Assembly (NCBI GenBank): GCA_017397315.1
Contig: JAFQJA010000019.1
Location: forward strand, 33,690-97,689
Source of the DNA: Clostridia bacterium
Lineage (GTDB): Bacteria > Bacillota > Clostridia > Monoglobales > Firm-18
Direction of reading: 5' to 3'
DNA length: 64,000 bases
The position numbers were made by a program, and so were the translations under genes. Every line of letters starts with the position of its first letter. Within the stretch, counting starts at the first letter, position 1. Below are positions 19,783 through 29,349 of this stretch, piece by piece. The notes beneath the pieces were generated by a model. That model was given only the letters and a program-made list of their open reading frames with translations. It was not told the DNA's origin and made no database searches.

Positions 19783-22053
19783 CTAAATAATAATTGTTGT
19801 ATTATCATCATTATAAGGAACAAATTTATATTCGTTCTTTGTAATGGTAATATCGTAAACTTTGCCTCTGAATTCTCTTTTTATCTTGGCAGGTAACATT
19901 TCGGGGGCGAGACACGGATTGATTTCAAGTCCGTCCATTTTCGGCTTAATTCCCAGCATATATTGTGTTACCGCTATATACATCCAACAAGCAGTTCCTG
20001 AAAGCCAGCTTACATTTGCAAGACCAAACTTCATACTTTCAGGACCAAATATATTAGAAGAATAAACATAAGGCTCCGCATTGTATCTTGTTTCACCAAC
20101 CTTGCTTTGTGCAATCATAGGCAACAACTGATGATAATATTTATATGCTCTCTCGGGGTGATTTAACATACATTCTGCAATAATTGCCCAAGTATTTGCG
20201 TGGCAGAAAATAGAGCCATTTTCACTGCAACCTTTTTTGTCGTAAGTGAGCGGATCTTCTTTTGATGGATAATCTTTCATTGATGGGTGAATTTTCTTAA
20301 TGCCCATTTCAGTATCAAGATATTTGTTTACACTATCCATAGCCATTTCCTGTTTGTCTTTGTCCCCAAGTCCGCTTAATACTGCCCAGCTTTGAGAATT
20401 TAACCAGATTTTTGCCTGAGGCTCTTTATCTGAGCCTATATAAATACCTTCGTCTGTAATGCACCGTCTGAACCATTTTCCGTCCCAGGCAGAATTGTTA
20501 ACCAAAGCCTTCTGGTCGTTATAAAGTTTGACAAACTTGCTGTCGTCTTCGCCTTTTAGTCTTGCAAGTTCTGCAATTTGTCGTAATACTGTACCGAATT
20601 GCATACCTGTCCAAACACTTTCGCCTTTACCTTTTCTGCAAACTTTAAACAGCATATCGTTCCAGTCAGACGCAAGCATTAGCGGGAAACCATGTTCACC
20701 CAAATGATTTTCTGTGTATTCAACTGCTTTTTTAAGGTGTTCCCAGACAGTGCCTTCTCCGCCGTCGAAATATGTTACAACTTCGTCAAGGTAATCAAGG
20801 CTTCCTTCTTCCATAACAATATGGTAAGCAGTCATTATTAGCCACAAGTGGTTATCTGAACGGGGTTCTTTTACAGGTTCCCAACCTTCATTGGGGAAGA
20901 AGTAGTGGTTTGTGCGTCCGTCCTGATATTGTTGTGTTAATAACAAGTTAAGTTTGTCTTTTGCGCGTCTTAAATCAAAGGGTATCATTGCCAAAGTGTC
21001 TTGTGCAGTATCTCTCATACCCACGCCTCTGAAGGTTCCTGTAGCATAATAACTTATATTACGAGAGAACTGGAAGTTTCTTTCCGCCTGATACGGATTC
21101 CAGATGTTAATCATTGTCTGTGCATCTTTGTCAGGTATTTCAACCGAGAATTTGCTTAAGTGCTTGTCCCATTGTTCTTTTAAAGCAACAAATGATTTTT
21201 CTACAAAGTCATCTTGTCTGCAGTGAGAAACTGATTTTTTAATGTCCTCGTCAGTTATTGCAGTTCCCAGAAAAATATTAACTGTTTTTTCTTCGTTTGC
21301 TTTTAAATCAATGTTAAGTTCTAAAGCAAAACAAGGGTCTCCGCCCGAAAGCAATGAATTTGTGCATGTGCCGTTTTCAATGCCTATTGGGTTTTCTTCG
21401 CTTCTGTATCCTCCCACAAATTCGTCTCTGTCGCAGTCAAAAGATGTAACAGGAACATTTGTTGCAAAATATACAAGCGGTGTTTCGTTAGGCTTTGGCT
21501 GATTTTCAACGCCGTATTCGTAAACCAGAATATCATCTAAATTGTAGCAAGATAATTGATGTTTATTGTAGCATTGCCATTGCAATTCTCTCATAAATTC
21601 CATCATACCAAGTTCTACGAATGGAAAAATTTTGATTTTCTTATCTGTGGCTGATTTTAGTTTCAGATTCCAGATAAGGCAGTTTTCGTATTTGCCTACA
21701 AAGTATGTGGTTTTAACCTGTATACCATTTTTCTCCGCTTCGAAAATTGTGTAGCCCATACCATGTGTTGACTGCCATTTTTCAGGCTTGTCTTTGCACG
21801 GCTCGCTTGTGGGGCACCAGGTAGTGTTGCCGTCTTTTATGTATGTGTAAAAACCGCTTCTGTCAGTAGGCAAGTGGAAAAATCTGTAGTGGTTTATTCT
21901 CCAGATTTGCGGGCTTTTATAAAATGCTACACCACCGCCCGCCTGGCTGATCATTGTATGAAATGTTCCGTTCGATAAATAGTTCATCCAGGGCGACGGA
22001 GTGTTGTACTTATCAAAAGTGATTTCTTTTTTATCGTTGTTAAATTTATACAT
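19783..22053 (-). CDS. GH94 glycoside phosphorylase (cellobiose/chitobiose phosphorylase family)
   Basis: TPSPWMNYL, RGVGMRDTAQD, DWND catalytic motif, KGESVW, ENGSIFCH and SWLSGTA. Confidence 0.9.
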   Translation of the reverse strand: MYKFNNDKKEITFDKYNTPSPWMNYLSNGTFHTMISQAGGGVAFYKSPQIWRINHYRFFHLPTDRSGFYTYIKDGNTTWCPTSEPCKDKPEKWQSTHGMGYTIFEAEKNGIQVKTTYFVGKYENCLIWNLKLKSATDKKIKIFPFVELGMMEFMRELQWQCYNKHQLSCYNLDDILVYEYGVENQPKPNETPLVYFATNVPVTSFDCDRDEFVGGYRSEENPIGIENGTCTNSLLSGGDPCFALELNIDLKANEEKTVNIFLGTAITDEDIKKSVSHCRQDDFVEKSFVALKEQWDKHLSKFSVEIPDKDAQTMINIWNPYQAERNFQFSRNISYYATGTFRGVGMRDTAQDTLAMIPFDLRRAKDKLNLLLTQQYQDGRTNHYFFPNEGWEPVKEPRSDNHLWLIMTAYHIVMEEGSLDYLDEVVTYFDGGEGTVWEHLKKAVEYTENHLGEHGFPLMLASDWNDMLFKVCRKGKGESVWTGMQFGTVLRQIAELARLKGEDDSKFVKLYNDQKALVNNSAWDGKWFRRCITDEGIYIGSDKEPQAKIWLNSQSWAVLSGLGDKDKQEMAMDSVNKYLDTEMGIKKIHPSMKDYPSKEDPLTYDKKGCSENGSIFCHANTWAIIAECMLNHPERAYKYYHQLLPMIAQSKVGETRYNAEPYVYSSNIFGPESMKFGLANVSWLSGTACWMYIAVTQYMLGIKPKMDGLEINPCLAPEMLPAKIKREFRGKVYDITITKNEYKFVPYNDDNTTIII

Positions 22054-23606
22054 TAGTTACATTCCTTTGCAAAAATACTTTTACCTGTAAACTGAGTATC
22101 TCCAAACAGACCGTCAACAAGCATCTTGACTGTTTCTGCTGATGGAGATGTGTTCATTTCGATATATGTGTGTTCTTTTGGGAAATATTCAGTTGCAAAG
22201 TATGGCGAACCATAATTTACAATTATTTTCTTTTTCTTGTCATATTGGTGTGAAGCCCAAATCAACATATGTGCATCACTCCATTGAGCGACAAACATAG
22301 CATTAACATTAAAAATTACAATGTCATAGTTTTTCTGAATTTCTTCTGCATCTGTCGGCCAACAAACCTGAGAAATAGGGTCGAATATGTCTCGTCTTAC
22401 ATCTGCTTCAACTCCGCGTTTTGCAAGTTCTTCTTTTAACAGATTGGAAGATACAGTATCGTTATCCGTAACATCAACTATTAATACTTTGTTTATTTTA
22501 TCTTCAGATAACGGAAGAAGACCAATATCGTTTCTTAACATACACATACCATTTTTGGCAATTTCAAGTTTTTTACTGTCTACAAAGTTAGCATCAGGTG
22601 TGTCAAAAGATTTATTGTCAAGAGCGTTATTTCTGAAGTTTTCCATTTTTTCGATACGATTTAACGCATCTTCTAAACGGGACATTGGAATTTCTCCGCT
22701 TAAAATTTGCTGTTCAATTACATCTGCTGCTTCAACAGGAGGCCACAGAAGAAGGTCTGCACCTGCTTTGAATGCCTGAACAGCTTCAGCTATCTTATCT
22801 CCAACGCTGTTACCGCCCATAACCAAAGCATCTGTAACAACTGCACCTTCGAAACCAAGTTCACCCTTTAACAGGTCGGTTGTAAGTTTTTTAGAGAATG
22901 TTGCAATCGGGATAAAACCATTTTCGCCATCTTTATCATATGCTTTTAGTGTTGTGTGAGTAGTCATAACAGACATTGGATTTTCTTTGAACATTTCTTT
23001 GTATGTATAGCCGTAAGTTTCCATCCACTGTTCCATATCCATATTATTGCAACCGGGAGCTATATGCATATTTATAAAGTTTGTACCAATGCCCGGAAAA
23101 TGTTTTACAGTTGCACAAACACCCTGGTCCTGTATACCTTTTATAACTTCGCGGTAAACCTTGCCGATTACCTTTGGGTCATCGCTTATCGCCATTAAAT
23201 ACATAAGAGGGTCAAAGCACATATCAATACTTGGTCCTAAAATCCAGTCTATACCCTTGTCATTCATCTGCATACCAATGATTTTACCCCAGTTATATGC
23301 ATCTTCTAAATTTCTGGAAGCACCAAGTGAACGCTGATTTTCAATGCACACTGTCTGGTTATGAACTCTTGCTCCATCAGCACATACAAGCAACTTGTTT
23401 TTAGAATATTTTTTACATTCGTTTAAAGTGTCAAAGTCAAACTGACTTCCCATATATTTTCCGCTTTCATCACGGAATGCGGCCTCTTCACCGTAGAACA
23501 AACCGCCTACCGGATACTTTTCAAAAAACACTTTTGGTCCGCCGTTACTGTTGATTTCACGAATGGTAACTAGAAATGTTTTTAATATTTTTTCTCTTAA
23601 TGTCAT
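22053..23606 (-). CDS. GH3 beta-glycosidase or beta-N-acetylglucosaminidase-like enzyme (possibly a phosphorylase)
   Basis: KHFPGIG...NMH and LGFEGAVVTDALVM. The stop overlaps the GH94 start (TAATG). Start taken as the ATG at 23606. Confidence 0.88.
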   Translation of the reverse strand: MTLREKILKTFLVTIREINSNGGPKVFFEKYPVGGLFYGEEAAFRDESGKYMGSQFDFDTLNECKKYSKNKLLVCADGARVHNQTVCIENQRSLGASRNLEDAYNWGKIIGMQMNDKGIDWILGPSIDMCFDPLMYLMAISDDPKVIGKVYREVIKGIQDQGVCATVKHFPGIGTNFINMHIAPGCNNMDMEQWMETYGYTYKEMFKENPMSVMTTHTTLKAYDKDGENGFIPIATFSKKLTTDLLKGELGFEGAVVTDALVMGGNSVGDKIAEAVQAFKAGADLLLWPPVEAADVIEQQILSGEIPMSRLEDALNRIEKMENFRNNALDNKSFDTPDANFVDSKKLEIAKNGMCMLRNDIGLLPLSEDKINKVLIVDVTDNDTVSSNLLKEELAKRGVEADVRRDIFDPISQVCWPTDAEEIQKNYDIVIFNVNAMFVAQWSDAHMLIWASHQYDKKKKIIVNYGSPYFATEYFPKEHTYIEMNTSPSAETVKMLVDGLFGDTQFTGKSIFAKECN

Positions 23607-23639
23607 TACGCCTGCCCCTTTACTAATTATTATGGTTAG

Positions 23640-23668
23640 ATAATACATTATTTTAAGGTGAAAGTCAA
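23640..23668 (-). promoter_or_regulatory. sigma-A promoter of the GH3-GH94-HPr unit
   Basis: TTGACT, 17-bp spacer, TATTAT on the minus strand. Confidence 0.6.
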
Positions 23669-23719
23669 GCGATAAGCAAAAAAACCATATAAAAAAGCAA
23701 ATAAAATATTAATTACATA

Positions 23720-23748
23720 TTGTTAAATTAATTGTGTGATGATATAAT
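23720..23748 (+). promoter_or_regulatory. sigma-A promoter of the Cys-rich gene
   Basis: TTGTTA, 17-bp spacer, TGn-TATAAT. Confidence 0.65.
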
Positions 23749-23829
23749 GGTTTTAGCGTGATTTCAGCATTGTAAGTAATCACCCGACATTCAAATATAC
23801 AATTAATAAAAACGAAAGAGGGAAGTGCA

Positions 23830-24351
23830 TTGAAACAGACGCTTGACAAAAAAGCATTTTATACAAGACTGTATAAAATGCTTGAGAATGTAACGCCTCT
23901 GACTGCAGATTGCGGTGGCCTTTGCGACTGTGCTTGTTGTGCCGTTACAGATGAAATTACAGGAATGTACCTCTTCCCCGGGGAAAAGGTGATGTATGAA
24001 CTACTTCCAAAATGGGCGAAACTTTATGACATTGATTTTACATACGACAACGGCAAAGAGGTTGAACTTATTACATGTATAGGTACTTGCGACAGAAAAC
24101 TCCGCCCGCTTTCTTGCAGGATTTTTCCTTTAGTTCCCTATGCAAAACGGGGAGAGAAGTTGCAAGTTTTAATGGACATACGCGGAAGGGGGCTCTGCCC
24201 TCTTGCTACTGCAATGCGTACACAAGACCTTGACCCATTATTTGTAAAAAGAGTAACTTTGGCGATGAGTATGTGTATGAAAGTCCGCGAAACAAGAGAA
24301 TTCATCTATTCTCTTTCTGAATTACTCGATGATATAAATATGGTTTTTTGA
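23830..24351 (+). CDS. Cysteine-cluster protein (YkgJ/CxxCxxCC-like, putative Fe-S or Zn binding)
   Basis: DCGGLCDCACC, C..C..RPLSCRIFP and CPL; SD GAGGG; TTG start. Confidence 0.7.
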   Translation: MKQTLDKKAFYTRLYKMLENVTPLTADCGGLCDCACCAVTDEITGMYLFPGEKVMYELLPKWAKLYDIDFTYDNGKEVELITCIGTCDRKLRPLSCRIFPLVPYAKRGEKLQVLMDIRGRGLCPLATAMRTQDLDPLFVKRVTLAMSMCMKVRETREFIYSLSELLDDINMVF

Positions 24352-24366
24352 AACTAATACGAATAT

Positions 24367-24705
24367 TTACTTTTTGAACATAAAGAATACGGCACCCATA
24401 ATACATAAAAACGCAAACAAATAATTAACAGTAAACTTTTCTTTCAGGTACAATATCGAGAAAATTGAAAACACACTAAGCGATATAACTTCCTGAATAA
24501 TCTTTAACTGTGCTGCGGTAAAATAATTACTTCCCAATCTGTTAGCAGGTACCTGGAATATGTATTCGAAAAAGGCAAGGCCCCAACTGAACAAAATTAC
24601 CGCCCACAATGCAGTGCTTTTGAACTTAAGATGTCCGTACCATGCAAATGTCATAAAAACATTTGAAATAACCAAAAGACCAATAGGGTAAAGCGACTGT
24701 AACAT
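24367..24705 (-). CDS. Small DMT-family membrane protein (DUF486-like)
   Basis: SNVFMTFAWYGHLK, FFEYIFQVPANRLG and QLKIIQEVI. Confidence 0.85.
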   Translation of the reverse strand: MLQSLYPIGLLVISNVFMTFAWYGHLKFKSTALWAVILFSWGLAFFEYIFQVPANRLGSNYFTAAQLKIIQEVISLSVFSIFSILYLKEKFTVNYLFAFLCIMGAVFFMFKK

Positions 24706-24808
24706 ATAAAATCCACCTTTATTTCAAAATCTTTGACAATTATACATCATTTACACATTAAAATCAATAAGGTTATGATACAAAAGGTTGTATACAGGAG
24801 AGAAAGCG

Positions 24809-26074
24809 ATGAAAACAGTAAAATTTTATACACTAGGTTGCAAAGTTAATATTTATGAAACAGAAGCTATGAAAAAACTTTTTGTTAACGACGGATATAT
24901 CGTTACCGAAAAGGACGATGCTGATGTTTTTGTAATAAACACCTGTACCGTTACTGCGATAAGCGACAGAAAATCCCGTCAGATGATAAGACGGGCAAAA
25001 CACAAAAACCCCAATGCTACAGTAGTGGTTGCGGGATGCTTTTCGCAGGTATCAAAAAAACAGGCGGAGGAAATGCCTGAAGCAGATATAATAGTAGGGA
25101 CTTACGGCAGGAAAGACATTGTGAAATATGTCCAAAACTTCAGAGGGAAAAAAATGAACTGTGTATATGATGAAATTCCCGCTGTATTTGAGGAAATGCC
25201 TTGCGAAAATCAGTCCAGAACAAGGGCAGTTATCAAAATACAGGACGGTTGCAGAAATTTTTGTTCTTACTGTATTATTCCTTATGCACGGGGCCCTTTG
25301 CGTTCAAGGGCAATTGAAGAAATTGTGAAAGAAGTGGATTTGTTAACTGAAAAAGGGTACAAAGAATTTGTTTTTGTGGGAATTAATCTGGCTTGTTACA
25401 ATTACAACGGTCTCAAATTGGCTGATGTTATTGAGAAAGTGTGCGAAATTGACGGAGTAAAACGAGTTCGTCTTGGCTCTTTGGAGCCTAACATATTTAC
25501 TGCAAAGTTTTTGGATACTGTAAAAAACCAACCTAAACTTTGTAAGCATTTTCATATTTCTTTGCAAAGCGGTTGCACAGAAACATTAAAGAGAATGAAC
25601 AGACATTATACAAAAGAACATTTTCTTTCATATCTCGAGAAAATAAGAGAGGTATGTCCTGAAGTTAATTTTACCACAGATGTTATGGTGGGGTTTGTCG
25701 GAGAAACTGACGAGGAGTTTTTTGAAAGTGCAGATACTGTAAAAAAAGCCGGATTCGGCAGTATTCATGTTTTTCCATATTCTGTTCGAAAAGGTACAGC
25801 TGCTGAAAAAATGGACGGTCATACAGACAATGACACCAAAACACGACGCGCTGAAATTATGGCTGAAATAGGGAAACAGTTAACACTTGACAAACTTAAA
25901 AGTTACATAGGCAAAACGGTGGAAGTACTGTTTGAGACAGAGAAAAATGGTGTATTTGAGGGCTTTACCGACTCGTACATAAAAGTAAAGGCAAAAGGTC
26001 AGGATTTGTTTGGGGAAATTGTTCCTGTTAAAATTGTTGGTGCAGGAAAAGATTTTTTAAAAGGTGAAATTTGA
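24809..26074 (+). CDS. mtaB: tRNA t6A37 methylthiotransferase MtaB
   Basis: TLGCKVN.YE, NTCTVT, KIQDGCRNFCSYCIIP and a TRAM domain. Confidence 0.93.
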   Translation: MKTVKFYTLGCKVNIYETEAMKKLFVNDGYIVTEKDDADVFVINTCTVTAISDRKSRQMIRRAKHKNPNATVVVAGCFSQVSKKQAEEMPEADIIVGTYGRKDIVKYVQNFRGKKMNCVYDEIPAVFEEMPCENQSRTRAVIKIQDGCRNFCSYCIIPYARGPLRSRAIEEIVKEVDLLTEKGYKEFVFVGINLACYNYNGLKLADVIEKVCEIDGVKRVRLGSLEPNIFTAKFLDTVKNQPKLCKHFHISLQSGCTETLKRMNRHYTKEHFLSYLEKIREVCPEVNFTTDVMVGFVGETDEEFFESADTVKKAGFGSIHVFPYSVRKGTAAEKMDGHTDNDTKTRRAEIMAEIGKQLTLDKLKSYIGKTVEVLFETEKNGVFEGFTDSYIKVKAKGQDLFGEIVPVKIVGAGKDFLKGEI

Positions 26075-26127
26075 CTTTTGTCCACAATATATGGTACAAT
26101 AATATGATAGCATTTTTTTAAGAAGGT

Positions 26128-26898
26128 GTGGTCGTGGTTAATATTGTTTTAATTATAGTATCTTTGACAGGATTATTCTTCTCAGCGTTTTATACTTTTA
26201 AAAATAAAATATCATTTTTCAAAGGTGTTTGCATTGGCACATTATCGCTTTTAGTAGCATTTGTTTTGTCTGTTGTATATCACAAAGCGATGCTTGGCAT
26301 AAGCCCCATTGATGTAATTATCAAGGCTACTTTTGACAGTATGAAACAACTGATTGAAGAAGCACCTGCAGATGTGATAAATTCAATTGCAACAACTATG
26401 GGAGAGACAAACAGCGAGGTTGTTCGTGCAACTCTTAAATTATCGGTTGAAAGCATGAGACAGATATATTCCACATTGCTTCCGGCTTTTCTAATCACAT
26501 TATTTGCAGGATTTACTTTTATTCTGTTTATGATTATTAAAAGTGTTTTGAGACTATGCGGTAAGGATGTTTCATTCATTATTAATTTTAGCAATATAAG
26601 ACTTAACAAAAGTTTTGTGTTGGCGTATTTTGTTGCTTTTCTTGGTGGAATGATTATGCCACATGGGATTATAAGCAGTGTGGTTTTAAACATTTGTTTT
26701 GTAATGTCGGTATATGTGTATTTTTGCACATTGTCATTGGTTGATTACTTTTTACAAAAGAGGATACAGAGTTTTGTAATAAGGTTTATAATACTTATAA
26801 TTTTTGTTATGACTATGAGTATGGCATTTGGAATTGCGGCATTGTTTGCCATAATCGACGCATTTCGTGATTTCAGAGCAAGAGGTGATCAGTTATGA
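26128..26898 (+). CDS. DUF2232 (YybS-like) membrane protein
   Basis: Hydrophobic; C-terminal IIDAFRDFR; conserved position upstream of gdpP-rplI. Confidence 0.75.
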   Translation: MVVVNIVLIIVSLTGLFFSAFYTFKNKISFFKGVCIGTLSLLVAFVLSVVYHKAMLGISPIDVIIKATFDSMKQLIEEAPADVINSIATTMGETNSEVVRATLKLSVESMRQIYSTLLPAFLITLFAGFTFILFMIIKSVLRLCGKDVSFIINFSNIRLNKSFVLAYFVAFLGGMIMPHGIISSVVLNICFVMSVYVYFCTLSLVDYFLQKRIQSFVIRFIILIIFVMTMSMAFGIAALFAIIDAFRDFRARGDQL

Positions 26899-28877
26899 AG
26901 GTTGATAAAAAACCATCGTTCAAAAACATATTTGACATTAGGATATATATTTTTGTAACTTTTGTTTTTGCTGTAATTACTTTGTTTACAAGCAAATTAT
27001 GGCTTGCTGTTACAGAGTTTGCATTTGTATTTATTTTTGGTATTCTTGGGATTTTCAACAAAAGAATAAGGGAACAGCAGTTGACAAATTATTTTGCGGA
27101 CCTAATAAAATATGTCGATAATTCTGAAAAGGGATATATGTATAGTTTTCCGCTTCCTGTTACGGTACTTGATTTAACAGGCAATATCGTGTGGTTTAAT
27201 GACAAATTTTCTGATATTTTTGGTAGTGATTTATTTGAAAAAACAATAGACCAGGCAATAAGCGAAATTCATATACTGCAGGTGCTTGAAAACAAAGATA
27301 ATATTGACTTTCAGGTGGAAAAAGGCGGGAAAACCTACAAAGTGGTAGGAAATGTAATTGGAACCGGAGAACAAAAAGAAAAATTGTATTCTGTGGTTTT
27401 ATATTTTATTGACAAAACTGCTGAAATTGAAAACTATAACTACGCTGTAAATTCACAGGTGATTTGTTGCAGTATTTTGTTGGACAACTATGATGATTTA
27501 ATTAAAAACACCCCAGATACACACAGGACTTTTCTTTTATCAGAAATTGACGGTGTTATAGAAAACTGGGTTGACGAATTAAACGGCGTATGCAAAAAAA
27601 TTGAAAAAGACAGATATACAGTGTATTTTGAAAACGAGAAACTTCAATCTGTTATAGATGCTAAATTTGATGTGCTGGACCAGGTAAAAGATATAAGCGT
27701 AGGAAACTCTATCCCTGCCACATTAAGTATAGGGGTAGGTAAAGGCGAGGGAATAAAAGAAAGCGAAGATTTTGTAAATGTTGCAATGGATATGGCTCTT
27801 GGTCGCGGAGGAGACCAGGCGGTAATTAAAGACGGAAAGCAATTCAAATTTTTCGGCGGACATTCTGAAAACTACGGTAAAAACACAAGAGTGAGAGCAA
27901 GAGTTGTTTCAAACGCTTTAAAAGAACTTGTGGACCAGTCAGATAATATATTCGTTTTTGGACATAAAAACGCAGATGCAGACTGTTTTGGTGCATCGGT
28001 TGCAGTTGCCAACATTGCAAGAGTAAGAAATAAACAGGCATATATTGTTGTTGATAATTTGCAATCCGGAATCGAGAGGGTAATGGACAATCTTAAAAAT
28101 GACGAGTATTATCAAAATTTATTTGTAAGCGAAGCACAGGCACTAAACTATATTACTTCAAATTCTCTTTGTGTAGTAGTTGATACCCACAGTTCAAAAT
28201 TAATTGAAGCACCGAGGGTTTTTGAAGAAGTTAAAAACAGAGTGCTGGTTGACCATCACAGACGGGGAACTGATTATCTCGAGGGATGCGTGCTGACATA
28301 TCACGAACCATACGCATCATCTGCATGTGAACTTATGACAGAAATTGTTCAGTATATAAGCGACGACTTTACAATGTCAGTTGCTGAGGCACAGGCAATA
28401 TATGCAGGTATTGTTCTTGATACAAAGAATTTTAATGTAAAAACCGGTGTAAGAACATTTGAAGCGGCAACTTTCTTAAGACGAAAAGGAGTTGACACCG
28501 TTGAAGTCAAAAAATTGTTCCAGACAGATTTTGATATGCATATAGCAAAGTCAAAAGTACTTGCCAATGCAGAAATTTATAACAACGAATTTGCTATTTC
28601 TACATGGAGCACAGAAGACGAGTTTCCTACAGTAATTTCAGCACAGTCTGCAGATGAACTGCTGAACATTACAGGCGTAAATGCGTCATTTGTATTATGT
28701 GAATGTAACGGAGAAATATATATAAGTGCCCGCTCTGTAGGTGCTTATAATGTTCAACTTGTTATGGAACAGTTGGGCGGTGGCGGTCATATGACAGTTG
28801 CAGGAGCACAGATTAAAGGTAAAATGTTAAGCGAAGTTTTAGATATGCTTAAAGAGGCAATAAATACAGTTCGGTAA
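26895..28877 (+). CDS. gdpP: Cyclic-di-AMP phosphodiesterase GdpP
   Basis: TM-PAS-degenerate GGDEF (RGGDQ)-DHH-DHHA1 (GGGGH) architecture. Confidence 0.92.
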   Translation: MKVDKKPSFKNIFDIRIYIFVTFVFAVITLFTSKLWLAVTEFAFVFIFGILGIFNKRIREQQLTNYFADLIKYVDNSEKGYMYSFPLPVTVLDLTGNIVWFNDKFSDIFGSDLFEKTIDQAISEIHILQVLENKDNIDFQVEKGGKTYKVVGNVIGTGEQKEKLYSVVLYFIDKTAEIENYNYAVNSQVICCSILLDNYDDLIKNTPDTHRTFLLSEIDGVIENWVDELNGVCKKIEKDRYTVYFENEKLQSVIDAKFDVLDQVKDISVGNSIPATLSIGVGKGEGIKESEDFVNVAMDMALGRGGDQAVIKDGKQFKFFGGHSENYGKNTRVRARVVSNALKELVDQSDNIFVFGHKNADADCFGASVAVANIARVRNKQAYIVVDNLQSGIERVMDNLKNDEYYQNLFVSEAQALNYITSNSLCVVVDTHSSKLIEAPRVFEEVKNRVLVDHHRRGTDYLEGCVLTYHEPYASSACELMTEIVQYISDDFTMSVAEAQAIYAGIVLDTKNFNVKTGVRTFEAATFLRRKGVDTVEVKKLFQTDFDMHIAKSKVLANAEIYNNEFAISTWSTEDEFPTVISAQSADELLNITGVNASFVLCECNGEIYISARSVGAYNVQLVMEQLGGGGHMTVAGAQIKGKMLSEVLDMLKEAINTVR

Positions 28878-28892
28878 GAAAGGTGATTATTT

Positions 28893-29339
28893 ATGAAAGT
28901 AATTTTATTGCAGGATGTTAAAGGAACAGGCAAAAAAGGAGATATTATAAATGTTGCAGACGGTTTTGCAAGAAACGCTCTGTTTCCGAAAAAATTAGCT
29001 GTTGAAGCAAATGCAACAAATCTTAATATAGCAAAAGGGAAAAACGAAGCAATCGCTCATAAAAAAGAGGTAGAACTAAATACTGCTAAAGATTTAGCAA
29101 AAAGGCTGGAGAATATTACTGTTTCGCTTGTTGCAAAAGCAGGGGAAAACGGCAAATTGTTTGGTTCAATTACTTCAAAAGATATTTCAGAACAACTGGA
29201 AAAACAGCATAAAATTCAACTTGATAAGAGATGGATTAATTTGGACGAGGGTATAAAAAACATAGGAGCAAGAGAAGTTGATATATGGCTTCACCCATCA
29301 GTTAAAACAAAGATTAAAATTGTGATTACAGCACAATGA
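28893..29339 (+). CDS. rplI: 50S ribosomal protein L9
   Basis: [16 protein letters not shown] and GKLFGSIT. Confidence 0.98.
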   Translation: MKVILLQDVKGTGKKGDIINVADGFARNALFPKKLAVEANATNLNIAKGKNEAIAHKKEVELNTAKDLAKRLENITVSLVAKAGENGKLFGSITSKDISEQLEKQHKIQLDKRWINLDEGIKNIGAREVDIWLHPSVKTKIKIVITAQ

Positions 29340-29349
29340 GGAGAGTAGT

